Positions 33,950 through 44,707 of a stretch of DNA of 64,000 bases are shown piece by piece. The stretch is from assembly GCA_963575745.1 (NCBI GenBank), contig CAUYUJ010000181.1, positions 372,001-436,000 on the forward strand, given 5' to 3'. A program made the position numbers and the translations under genes. Origin of the DNA: Prorocentrum cordatum. Its lineage: Eukaryota. Each line of letters starts with the position of its first letter. The first letter of the stretch is position 1. A model generated the notes under the pieces. It saw nothing but the letters and a program-made list of their open reading frames with translations, was not told where the DNA came from and made no database searches.

Positions 33950-36900
33950 AAGTGCCGCCCACACAAGCGACAGCGCTTCTACACGGTGGATGCCAACACG
34001 GTGGGCACGCTGGAGCGCGTCATGAACAGCATCAAGTATACCAACTCCGCAGGGGTCATAATGGCAGAATAACTTCAAACAGATACCGCCAAGCTCGACG
34101 ACTTCCGCGCACGCATGCACAAGCAGGGCTGGCGCGTTGGGCTGGCTGGCAGTACCAGAGCATCGGGGGGGTGGAGCGCGGGAGTCCTCATTTCGGCGCC
34201 ATGTAGTCATGGGTTCGACTATGCGATGCGCGGCATCGACACCTGGGACATCTCTCCGAAGAGCTCCGCGGGCCGCCTCGCCATCGCGTGGACGCGGTGC
34301 TGCAGCAGGGCTTGCTGCGCGGCAGCGTCTACCTCTGGAACAGCGAGGGCCTCACCACACGTAACGAGCAGATCCTGCTCAAGTGGGCGTCCACCGTGGA
34401 GGCCACGCGGCAGGCATGGATACTGGGCGGGGACTTCAACACGGACCCGTCCGAGCTGCACGCCTCGGGGCTGCTGGGCAGGATGAAGGGCAGCATCGTG
34501 CACGACCAGCAGACGGGCTCCTGCGACGCGGGAGGAAGAGGAGGAGCGCGGGACACCAGGGACTATTTCATCGTCTCCAAGAGCCTGGTCGTGGGACCGC
34601 TTACGGCGACGGTGCTGGAGAGCTTCAACGTGGCGCCCCACCTGCCAGTCAGGATGGAGATCGCGCAGATGGGCTCCCAGAACAGGAAGACCTACAAGCT
34701 CATCAAACCCAAGCGGTGGCCCATCGAGCTGCCCGTGGGCTGCGCCGCACCGCCTACGCCGTGGCCGAGGCCCCTCGCCAGGGCGAGAAACCACGAGCAG
34801 GCGGACATCGAAGAGCACTGAAGCAACGCGGGGCAAGCGTACGAGAGCCACCTCAACCGCTCCTTTAACTTCGACGGCGACGAGCTCGCCAAGCGCATGG
34901 GCCACTTCGAGCTGCCCAAGTACAAGTGGCAGGACATCGAGGTCCCTGCCGCCACGGAGGCCACCGCCGTGCAGGCGTGGGCCGAGGGTGCCGAATGGCT
35001 GGCCCGCAACCTCAAGCACCTGTACGACAGCACCTCGGCATAGATCGCCAAGGGCCGCGACCCCTCCATCAGGAACAGGGCGGAAGGGCACGCCAGGAGC
35101 CTCCTCAAGCACCCCATCGTGATGCCGCTCTTCGGCAAGCGCGCACCCGACCAGGAGGCCACCCACAGCGACAGCGAGGACGACGGCGACACGCCGGCGT
35201 CCACCCAGGAAGGGGGGCACCCCGGGGAGGACGCCGACGCGACCATCAGTTGGAAAACCATCAACTGGCCTGACATCGTGGGCACGCTGGGCTACATCAC
35301 CGCCGACACGATGACCGATTGCGAGCTCCACTACGTCTTCTGCATGACCAAGCTGCTGGACCTCGCCAGCCGCCGCAGCTGGTTGGCAGCACACTGCGCC
35401 TCGACCGCCAGCTGGCGTCGATGGGTGCGCACGCATGGACAGCGAGGCGCGGGGGCCATCCACCGGTGGACGAAACCCACCAGCCCGTGGACATCACAGG
35501 CGACCGCAGGCGTCTCGCAGAACCTGGAGGACCACGCGCTCGTGCACCCCCAGGCCGCTGCCGACAATGCGCTGGAGGGCTGGGAACGCATCGGGGGCGA
35601 CGAGCTGAACGAGCAGGCCCCCTGGCTGCAGGCCCCCACGGATTTGGAGGAAGATGGCAGAGTACAGGCCGCCGTCCATCACCCCGAAGCAGGTCATGGA
35701 CAGCTGCGGCCGCTTTCGCCCGAAGACTGGCCTGGGCGAGGCCGACCGGCACCCTCGCCTGTGGCAGTTGGGCGGCTACGCTGGAGCAGCACGCATCGCC
35801 AGCGTGCTGAACTCCGTGGAGGCGGGTACCCCGTGGCCCACGGCGCAGGCCACCATCCTGTTCTACTTGCTGGCCAAGCCGAGCGGTGGCCACCGCAGTC
35901 TCGGGCTCAGCGCGGAGCTGGGAGACCAAGAGCAGGCGAGACTACGCCTGGGCAGCCCGAGGCAGGTCCAGCGAGAGGGCGGCTTGGATGCAGGCACTGC
36001 TCTGCGAGTCCACGGTCGCCCAGGATCTCGACTATGCCGTTTCGTACTTCGACCTGGTCAAGTGCTTCGACTTCGTGACCCACGCGAAGGTGTGGGAGGC
36101 GGGGCTGCACTGGGGCTGAAACCGCATCATCCTATTGGTCATCCTGAGGATCGATTTCATGGTGCGCAGGATCGTCCTGCAGGACGGCTACACCGAGGGC
36201 CGACGATGGGCGCGCGGCATCGTCGCGGGCAGCCGGCTCGCGCCCTTCTGCTCGAAGATGGTGATCTTCGCCAAGCTGGACGGGGTCGTGCAGGCCTTTC
36301 CGTGGGCGGAGCCTTGCCTCTTTTCGACGACCTGGCGGTGGCCACGCACGGACTGAGGGAGTTCGTGACCTACTGGCACACCGCGCTGGTGAGCACGCTG
36401 CTGCACATGTTCGAGCAGACTCTGGACATGAAAGTATCCAAGGGCGCGCAGTAAGGCAGTCACCATGACCTCGGCACCCGCGCTCCATCACGCCATCGCC
36501 AAGCGCATCAAGCCGCTGAACTTGCGCATGGCGATCTCCGAGAACCACCTGTGCGTCACCTCGGCGGCTGGCCGGCGAAGGAGGGTCTCCGCCTTCTCCA
36601 AGCGAGCGGTGAAGTTCGCGGCCAGGCGGGGCCGCATCGCGAGGATACGACGAGCTGGGGGAGCAGCTGAGAAGATTGTGAGGCAGGCCATGCTGCCCTC
36701 AATCATGTACGGGGTGGAGGTCACGGGCATGTCAGACACCAAGATCGGGGAGCTGCGCCAGAGCGTCGCCGCCTCCTGCAGCGGGAACGCGACCGGGCGT
36801 TCCACCCACCTGGTGCTCCTCGCGGAGGACGCGGACACGGGCGTGAACACCAACACGGCGCCCATCCTGGCCTGGGCGCAGGCTTGGCACGAGACCGGAG

Positions 36901-38494
36901 CACCAGCCGCACCTCATCGGGCACCTGCAGGCCGCCCGGAAGCGCTGGGTGCTCGAGGCGGCGCGCGCCAAGGCCCCCTGGCAGACGGTCCGCGGGCCCG
37001 CAGGCGCCTCCGTCGCCACCGCGCGGCGGCTGGGCTGGCAGACGCAAGCGGCGCACTCGATCACCACCGGCGCCGAGGTCACCGACTTGCGCCCAGTGAC
37101 GCTTCGAGAGCTCCGCTGCCGCCGTGAAGCAGTACACCGAGCAGGCATACAACATGGAGTCGCTGTTCGTGGAGCCCGTGAGGGCGCTGCTCAAGCGACC
37201 CGTCAAGGGCAGATGGGCGCGGGAACACCAGACCCGCGTGCGAACGCTCTGGTGCGGAGGCAACTGGCCGGAGGCGAGGCTCCACGAGAAGGGCGCCGTA
37301 ACCGACCCCACCTGCAAAACATGCCATGCGGAGGACGGGACGGACCGCCACCGCACCTTCGTGTGCACCGCCAGGGACGAGCACCGCTGCGCCGTCGGCG
37401 GCCGGCACATCGCCCACCGCGGGGCGCGACCGTGGCCTGGGTCAGAGCAGCTCTGGGGCTGCGGCCTGGCGTGCGGCCCCGCCGAGGAGCTGGGGCTGTG
37501 GCAGCTGCTGTCGTCCAGCGAGAGCCTCGTTCAGGGCGACTGCGACGGCTTCGTCACAGGCGATGTGCACACGGACGGGAGTCTCCGCTACGGCTCCTAC
37601 GCGGCGCTGAGGCGCGGCGGTTGGGCCTTCGTACAATTGACGGAGGGCCTGGACATGAAGTTCGCGGTCTACGGGCCGCTCCCAGGCGCGCAGTGGGACC
37701 AGAGCATCTACAAGAGCGAGCTCATGGCGATCCTGCGCGTACTCCAGGTGGCCTGCCCGCCCGTGCGCGTCTGGTCCGACTGCCAGGCCATCCTGGGCGG
37801 CTTCGAGCGCGGCCCAGCCTGGGCCGACCACCCGGCCACCCTCCACAACGACTTGTGGCGGGAGTGCTGGGCCAAGATCGAGGATAACGGAGGGGTAGGA
37901 CCTAGAGGCATCAGCTTCAGCAAAGTGAAAGCGCACGCCACTAGACTGCAGAGGGCCCAAATGGGTCCAGATCGTTTCATTGGGAATCAATTCGCAGATG
38001 AATTTGCCAAGCTCGGAGCCCAGCGGCAGCAACATGCGCCGTGGCACAGAGCAGCATATATCCAGCGTTTTAAACTCGTTTCAGATGTGCTCGAGTTCGC
38101 AGCCTACGTAGCAGTACTTGGGCAAGGGCTCGTTGCCACCTCCGAAGGTTCGGAACCTCCCAGAGAGGCTCCGAGCCGTCCCAGCCCCCCTCCCCCCGTG
38201 CCTAGCGGGGAAGCGGAGGAGACTGCGGGACCTCTACTTCCGCCGCCTGGTCCCCCTCCTCCCCCCCTGGGGGTGCCGGATGGGGACGGAGGCAGGATCG
38301 AACGGGCCCGCGCCAGAGGGCACCAGGTGGTGCGCCTCCCCAGAGTGGTGTTCTGTCGGTCGTGCGCTAGGTACGCCACGGACCGATGGGTTGGACTCTT
38401 GACCAGATGCCCCGGGGGAAATCCCCGGACGATCTCTGGACGTTTAAAGCGTTTGTGGCAAGGCAGGCACCCCACCACGAACAGGCCGTTTTGA
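33950..38494 (+). pseudogene. ORF2 APE-RT-RNase H polyprotein, disrupted by stops and frameshifts
   Basis: EN: SAGVLI, GSVYL, WILGGDFN, RDYFIVS, PHLPV. RT: LLAKPSGGHRSLGL, FDLVKCFD, RGIVAGS, LFDDL. RNase H: VHTDGS, SELMAI, WSDCQ, HNDLW, KVKAH, GNQFADEFAK. C-terminal GH...FCRSC. Confidence 0.88.
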
Positions 38495-38610
38495 TGCTTG
38501 GCCCCACAATACCGCTCAGGAGAGGCCTGGGGTGAGGGCGCGCCAAGGTTTCAGGCTGATTGCACCCCTGAGGCGGTCCTCTCAGACCTAGCAGCGGAAA
38601 TCCTCGGTAA

Positions 38611-38764
38611 TCCTCCTCCTCCTCCTCCTCCTCCTCCTCCTCCTATTCCTCTTCCTCCTCCTCCTCCTCCTCCTCCTCCTCCTCCTCCTCTCCTCCTCCT
38701 CCTCCTCCGGCCCCCTCCCCCTCCTCCTCCTCCTCCTCCTCCTCCTCCTCCTCCTCCTCCTCCT
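38611..38764. repeat. (CCT)n microsatellite between two retroelements
   Basis: Direct inspection. Confidence 0.97.
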
Positions 38765-38788
38765 CAGGCTGGGACCAAGCTTGCAAAC

Positions 38789-40798
38789 ATGTCGTCGATC
38801 TGTCGTTCATTTAGGGTTGCTGACCTTGCTGGTATCGTGCACGAGGACTTGAACATTGCCGCTCATGGTTTCGATTTGGTTCGGCTGCCGCTTCATGGAA
38901 GGTGGCTATACAAGCGAAGCCGTAACGAGCAGCAGACAATGTTTGACCATGGGTGCAAGGTTTGGGATCGACATTGGCGCATCCAGGGTTTATTGCCTTT
39001 GCCAGATTTGCTGAAACGGCAAACGGCCGTTCTGAGGCCGACGGTTCGGGTCGACGCAGAACATTCTGAATGTATTGAAGTTTTGGCGCAGTGTGGAAAA
39101 CGCTTGGCAGTGACGGTAGAGGACAAAGATCCAAATTCATTATGGGCTTGCTCACCCTTGCACGCCATTATGCGTTGGATGTGGTTGATTGCCAGATCAG
39201 GGGATAGATGGTCCTTCAGTTTCGTGCCCGCTCATCGCGTAGTTGCTTTGTACAGGCACTGGTTTGACAACTCGATTCCCCGGAACTTGCTTCCCAAGCG
39301 GTTCCCGATCTCATTGTCGACTATACCGTACGTTTACCATACCATTAAGCGCAAATGCTGGCGCAATTCATACCCATGTTGCTACCAGTCTGCATCCGCA
39401 CATCAATGCACTAAGCCACGACACTCCTGCGTGAGGAATATCATCAGCTTCGCTCGTATGCCAGGGAGACGCGTCTGGAGGGCTGCAGGCAGAGCACTTG
39501 GTTACCTTGTTCGCAAGTTTACGCCTGGCTGGTCAACTTCTAGCTTGCACACCGCATTTGATGAAGTCCGGCGAGCCGCTGAACAACTTCAAGGTCCAGC
39601 TTCTGATGTTCCACAGTGTGAATTGTGCCATGCTTCGATGGCCTTTCCGGGCATGTGTGTTGCAGATGCCGGCCAAGCATACGAGTCCATCCAAGTAGAG
39701 CATATAAATTCTACACTTGAATCTTTGTTCGAGGTAGCCGCTGGTGATCCGCACCACGCTTTTCTGCAAGTTTATCACAACCGGAAGCGACCTGTCTCTG
39801 CAGGGGGCCGAGTTGGGCTCGATTTTCGTGACCGTATAGTTTTCGCTTTGGGATCGTTGCAGAAGATTTTCAGTGCATTTTTGGAGATGCGTTTCTTTCG
39901 TTTTGGTGATTTCTTCTTGGTCCAACACGCTGGGATACCAATCGGAGGACCTCTTAGCCCAGCTATATTGGATTCAGTTTTGTCGAAGCAAGAGCATAAT
40001 TTCGACATGGAGTATCCTCTTCGTGCACGGCTCTTCTTTGCCACTCGGTACGTTGACGATTTGCTGCTTGGGTCTCGACGGTTATGCCGGTCATGTCTCT
40101 TGCGCGTCATACCCGTTGTTTATGGTGACGTGATCTCCTTCGACGCGGACGACTCTTGGCATGTGCATGGCGGAGTTGTGATACAACCATTCCTGGATGG
40201 TGTGATCCATTTTGCTTGGGACGGTCTCAGTGTTGCTTTTGAGCATCGTAACATGGAGTTTGCCTTTACTGCGAACTGGGACACCATCAAGAAGCGATCG
40301 CTCCAGCCAGCACCCGGTCTCGTGTCTAAGGATGATCTTCAATACCAACGCGGCGAACTCATAGGAAGACTTCGGCGCTGGCGTGCGATCAGTGACTGCA
40401 TGGTGTCTTCTGTTACCGCTGTATATTGTGACATTCTATGTTTTCAGCACCACGGGTACGATAGCAAACACATCCAGGCATTGTTCACGAACTTGCCGCT
40501 GCACGCAGATCTGTTGGCAGTGATCGACATTGTCCGGAAATTCGCTTACGTGCATCGCCGGCTCAGCCCCCAATCGCAAGGTCAGATGCTTGCTCAAGTG
40601 TTATCGCTTGGATTGCCTACTGAGTCCTGGCCTGGCCTTCCGATGGCATACCAGAGTGGCGTGAGGCAAAATGCGCCTGCTGAATCCGAGGCCGCCCAGC
40701 TAGCTTGGGCATCTCTTCTTCTGGTCACGTCGGAGACCAAATTCACTGCAGCAGGGCTCCACGTCGCACAGATGTGTCTCTGGATGCAGCAGTTGTGA
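38789..40798 (+). CDS. Intact Penelope-like / TERT-related reverse transcriptase (~669 aa) with Cys/His-rich insertions; no endonuclease in the retained portion
   Basis: VEDKD; PYVYHTIKRK; RNIIS; motif A VADAGQAYESI; motif B' QHAGIPIGGPLS; motif C RYVDDLL; FLD; HGY. No stop or frameshift, and lower GC than the flanks. Confidence 0.88.
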   Translation: MSSICRSFRVADLAGIVHEDLNIAAHGFDLVRLPLHGRWLYKRSRNEQQTMFDHGCKVWDRHWRIQGLLPLPDLLKRQTAVLRPTVRVDAEHSECIEVLAQCGKRLAVTVEDKDPNSLWACSPLHAIMRWMWLIARSGDRWSFSFVPAHRVVALYRHWFDNSIPRNLLPKRFPISLSTIPYVYHTIKRKCWRNSYPCCYQSASAHQCTKPRHSCVRNIISFARMPGRRVWRAAGRALGYLVRKFTPGWSTSSLHTAFDEVRRAAEQLQGPASDVPQCELCHASMAFPGMCVADAGQAYESIQVEHINSTLESLFEVAAGDPHHAFLQVYHNRKRPVSAGGRVGLDFRDRIVFALGSLQKIFSAFLEMRFFRFGDFFLVQHAGIPIGGPLSPAILDSVLSKQEHNFDMEYPLRARLFFATRYVDDLLLGSRRLCRSCLLRVIPVVYGDVISFDADDSWHVHGGVVIQPFLDGVIHFAWDGLSVAFEHRNMEFAFTANWDTIKKRSLQPAPGLVSKDDLQYQRGELIGRLRRWRAISDCMVSSVTAVYCDILCFQHHGYDSKHIQALFTNLPLHADLLAVIDIVRKFAYVHRRLSPQSQGQMLAQVLSLGLPTESWPGLPMAYQSGVRQNAPAESEAAQLAWASLLLVTSETKFTAAGLHVAQMCLWMQQL

Positions 40799-41108
40799 AG
40801 TATGATGCGCACGTGTGCTTCGTTGTTGTCGCTCTGTCCCGCCCTTTCTTGGGATGGATTCTCTTTGATTCCTTGTAGCAGTGAGTAGCATTTACAATGA
40901 ATTGTCATAGCAGTGATCGGGATGCGATTGTTCATGTAATCCGTAGCTCCATATTCCGGTTCAGGGGTCCACTGAGTGGCCGCTGGCATGCCCCAGGACG
41001 CGCTCAAGTAGCACAGCGGGCGTCACCCCTGATAAAAAGAGCTTTGCTCCGAGGCCCTGGGAGGCAGGTAATTTGTCAATTATTTGCTGAACAGTTTCAC
41101 TTAGCAAC

Positions 41109-41192
41109 GGAGGAGGAGGAGGAGGGGGAGGAGGAGGAGGAGGAGGAGGAGGAGGAGGAGGAGGAGGAGGAGGAGGAGGAGGAGGGGGAGGG
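41109..41192. repeat. (GGA)n microsatellite at the 3' end of the PLE-like element
   Basis: Direct inspection. Confidence 0.97.
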
Positions 41193-41890
41193 GGCCAAAG
41201 AGGTCCCAAAGACGGCCCCAGGAGAGCCCCTAGACGGCCCAGGAGTCCTCCAAGACGCCCAAGACGGCCTCCAAGACGACGCTGGAGCACCCCAAAAGGG
41301 CCCCAAGTCGGCCCAGAGAGGCCCCCAAGTCGGCTCCCGACGGCGTCAGGCAGGCCAGGAGCCGACCAAGACGGCCCAAGATGAATCTAAGATGGCCCAA
41401 GACGGCCCAAGAGGACCCAAGAGGTCTCCAACACGGCCCAAGAGGCCTCCAAGAGCGCCTCCAGAAGGCCCGACGAGGCCAACATCATTGATTTGCCTCA
41501 AGTGTTTCAATGAGTTTGGCAATTGCTTTTTGTTCGGCCTTCCGACGGCCCGAGACGGCCCAGGAGCCCCAAAAATCACCCCAAGATCGCCCAAGAGGCC
41601 TCCAGGATGGCCCCAGAACAGCCTAAGAGGCCCCCATGACGGCCCCAAGAGGGCCCCAGAACGGCCTAAGAGTCCTCCAAGACGCCCAAGACGGCCTCCA
41701 AGACGACGCTGGAGCACCCCAAAAGGGCCCCAAGTCGGCCCAGAAAGGCCCCCAAGACGGCTTCCGACAGCGTCAGACGGGCAAGGAATGCACTAAGACA
41801 GCCGAAGAGGCCCCCAAGATGCATCCAAGATGCATCCAAGAGGCTCCAAGGAAGCTCCCAGGAGGCTCCAAGAGTGCCCCCAGAGAATCC
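41193..41890. repeat. CCAAGA-rich ~11-bp degenerate minisatellite element with a perfect 75-bp internal duplication
   Basis: 41243-41317 equals 41670-41744. The same CCAAGA family occurs at ~2110-2240, 12350-12530, 28035-28340, 43800-44070, 52140-52510, 61700-62135 and 63905-64000. Confidence 0.85.
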
Positions 41891-42149
41891 CATGATGCCC
41901 CCTGCACCTCCTCCTCCTCCTTCTCCTCCTCCTTCAGATCTTCCCCGCACTCCTCCCCCAAGTGCTCCCCGAAGGGTTTCCACAACGGTTTGGGAAACAC
42001 ACGGTCCGATAGTTTGGCAGACTTCTTGCCGAAACGATCTGCCACATGGGCGATTCCAAAAGGCAGGGGGCGGCGGTGACTCGCCGTAGGCGTCTTCGAT
42101 ATCCACTGTAGCCCACGTGTAACACGACTGCGCTTCCTTCAAAATGGAG

Positions 42150-42720
42150 GGCGGCATTGGCGTGGACATCCCCACCACGCTGTGGATCAGCACGGGCGTT
42201 ATGGCGGCACCAGGAGAAAACCTTTCCGATGCTGTGGTGGAGACTACTGGTGTCCCTCGCGCTACTACCAGCGATCTACCACATTTGGACCAAGGGGCGC
42301 CTCGTCTACGGCAGCCATGGCTTCCAAGAAGTGCACCGTGGACGCGGCAGCTCGTCTACTCGTTCGGTCCGACGCCGTCGCCAAGCACCCCGACATGGCT
42401 GAGGTGCCGGCGTTGGAGGAAATGGACAAGTGCTTCGATCGGGCTTTCTGGGCACGGGCTGCCTGTCGCAGCTCGCCGCTTCCATTTCCTAATCACAGCT
42501 CGCGGTTCCAATTTCCAAGCTCATTGAGACGTGGCGCCAGACGTGCTGTGGAGCCCGCCCACCACCCCTCCCAGAGGCAGGCCGTGGACGAGGCCGCCCG
42601 GCATGCCGCTGGGACGAGCACTGGAAAAGGCACTCGCTTGCAAAGATTGGAGAGCCATGGCACGTCGCTGCTCGAGACCGGGGGATCTGGCGTGCGCAGG
42701 CCGAGGGCTACGCGCAATGG
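42150..42720 (+). pseudogene. Highly degraded LINE RT C-terminal fragment
   Basis: Short frames LLPAIYHIWTKGRLVYG and GRGRGRPACRWDEHW resemble the post-RT region of RTE-like LINEs. Confidence 0.4.
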
Positions 42721-42816
42721 CTGTCTTCCACAACCCCTCTTGCCTTCGGGGAGGGACCCCCCCCCCTCCCCTCCCTGGTTTTTGTTTGAAGGTTTTGCGA
42801 GCTGTCGGGGGCCACT

Positions 42817-43717
42817 CGTTTACGAGGGAGCTCGTGTACGCGGACGACACGTTGCTCATAGACTCCGACCCAGCCCTCGTTCAAGAGCTGATGCGCTGCA
42901 TTGAGGAGTGCGGGGGCCAGTGCGGGCTGCAGTTCAATTGGGGCAAGTTGGAACTTATGAAAGTAAGGGCCGAAGCTAATATTTTGGGACGCAACGAGGT
43001 CCCCATCCCAGCCAAGCAATCATTAATTTATCTCGGGACGTCTCTTGCTGCGGACGGGCGCATAGGCACAGAACTGAGTCGGAGAATTGGGGCGGCCAGA
43101 AGTGACTTCAAGGTGCTTGCAAGAATATGGTCGCATTCGACTTTGAGTAGGAGACAGAAACTACGTATATTTAATGCTTGCGTTGTTTCCAAACTCACGT
43201 ATGTATTATTCACTGCGTGTCTTAACCAGGCCGAGCGAAGACGGCTCGACGGGTTCCAGAATTATTGTCTCAGACGTATTTGCAGAGTCTCTCCGTCGTA
43301 CATCAGTCGGGTGTCGAACCGTGCAGTTCTGCAGATCAGCCAACAGACGCCTCTGAGCCATAGTCTTGCGCGTAGACAGATGTTGTACATGGGCCATTTG
43401 GCGAGAAGACCAGACGAGGATCCAGTCAGAAGCTCGGTATTTGAGCCGGGCGGTCTGGTTCTCAAGAGCCTTCTTGGGAAAAGGAGAAGAGGCCGCCCGA
43501 GACAGTCTTGGGGGCCCATGGTGCTGAAGCACTGCTTGAATGTTGCCGGCTCCCATGAGCGACTTGCTGATTACTTCCGCCGAGAGGGCGGTGCAGCTCG
43601 CAGGTGGGAGCAGGCGGTCAAGGCATGGGCGGCGTGCTGAAGGCATCCGTTTCCGTGCACATTTTCACCCATTGCTCACGCGCTGTGGCCGGCGCAAGGC
43701 TTCTGGACTGGACTGGA
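42817..43717 (+). mobile_element. 5'-truncated RTE-like LINE with (CTGGA)3 tail and 11-bp TSD
   Basis: Open frame ELVYADDTLL...GLQFNWGK...YLG...RRIGAA...KLRIFNACVVSKL...RRRGRPRQSW to the stop at 43640; TSD CGGGGGCCACT at 42806-42816 and 43718-43728. Confidence 0.92.
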
Positions 43718-44289
43718 CGGGGGCCACTTTTTCGGCCAGTGAGAGGGCCTATGTTTGACACCAGGACGCACATCGAGGACCCCCCCCCTCTTTTGACCGA
43801 CCGTCTCCAAGATGGCCCCAAGAGGCCCCCCAGGGCTCCCAAGAGGCCCCCAAGAGGGTTCCACGAGCGCCCCAAGAGACCCCAAGAGGGCTCCAAGAGG
43901 CCCCCAAGAGGCTCCCAAGAGGCCCCCGAGCGGCCTCAGAGAGCCCAAGATGACATGCAAGATGGCTTAAGATAGCTCAAGCTGGATCAAGATGGCTCCC
44001 AAGATGTTGCAAGAGGCCCCAAGACCGCTCCAAGACGGCTCGAGATGGTCACGGAGCCTCCCCAGGAGGCCGGAGACGACCCCAACACGCCGTCCAGGCC
44101 AGCCTCCCTCGCGAGCGTAGGCCCACGACCTTGTGCTGGCCGCGATGGGTGTTACCATCACTTAATCCCTGGGTCGTGAACCCTCATTGTCGGTGGTCTG
44201 TTTAATGATCTAGGACTAAATTCCTCCACTTTTCCCCTGTTTCGGCTCTGTCCCGTCACCAAGCTCGGCGCGCTCAACTGGGTAGGGTA

Positions 44290-44681
44290 TGTCCTCCTCT
44301 TCCTCCTCCTCCTCCTCCTCCTCCTCCTCCTCCTTCTCCCCCTCTCCTGCTACTCTCCCAGCCTGTGCCCGCACGACTGACGCCCCAAGACTTCCCCTCG
44401 GTCAGACCAGGAGTCTCTCCAGTCTCCTACTGCTCCTACTGCTCCTCTCTCCCTCGTCCCCGTCCTCCTCCTCCTCCTCCTCCTCCTCCTCCTCCTCCTC
44501 CTCCTCCTGCTCCTGCTCATGCTCCTCCTCCTCCTCCTCCCTCCTCCCTCCTCACTCCTCCGCCTCCTCCTCCTCCTCGTCCTTCCTCGCCGCCCTGTTC
44601 CTCACCCTTCCCCTCCTTCACCATTCCCATCCCTTTCCGCCCTCCCTCCTCCTCCTCCTCCTCCTCCTCCTCCTCCTCCTC
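44290..44681. repeat. (CCT)n-rich tract forming the 3' flank of the intact LINE
   Basis: Direct inspection. Confidence 0.95.
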
Positions 44682-44707
44682 GCACGTAGCTGCGCGCCAC
44701 ATGTCCC

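Larger units (their letters stand above)
32882..38610 (+). mobile_element. Full-length but frameshifted non-LTR retrotransposon: ORF1 (RanBP2-type ZnF + coiled coil), ORF2 (APE endonuclease - RT - RNase H - Zn motif)
   Basis: Flanked by (CCT)n on both sides and starts with AGCCATTTTG; the domain motifs occur in the expected order across several frames. Confidence 0.9.

Noticed and set aside
38498..38788. Poly-Pro N-terminal extension of the 766-aa ORF
   Set aside because: It is read-through of the upstream LINE 3'UTR and the stop-free (CCT)n tract from a TTG start.
38789..40798. Bona fide telomerase (TERT) gene
   Set aside because: No recognisable T motif/TRBD, motif B' is GIPIG rather than GIPQG, PLE-type DK and PYxY..K motifs are present, and it is intronless between microsatellites.
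41015..41070. Hammerhead ribozyme in the PLE 3'UTR (CTGATAA-GAGC/GCTC-CGAGG)
   Set aside because: The core deviates at both CUGAUGA and GAAA, and stems I and III cannot be formed convincingly.
42531..42816. N-terminal part of the 369-aa RT ORF
   Set aside because: Lies outside the TSD-defined insertion; a fortuitous in-frame flank.
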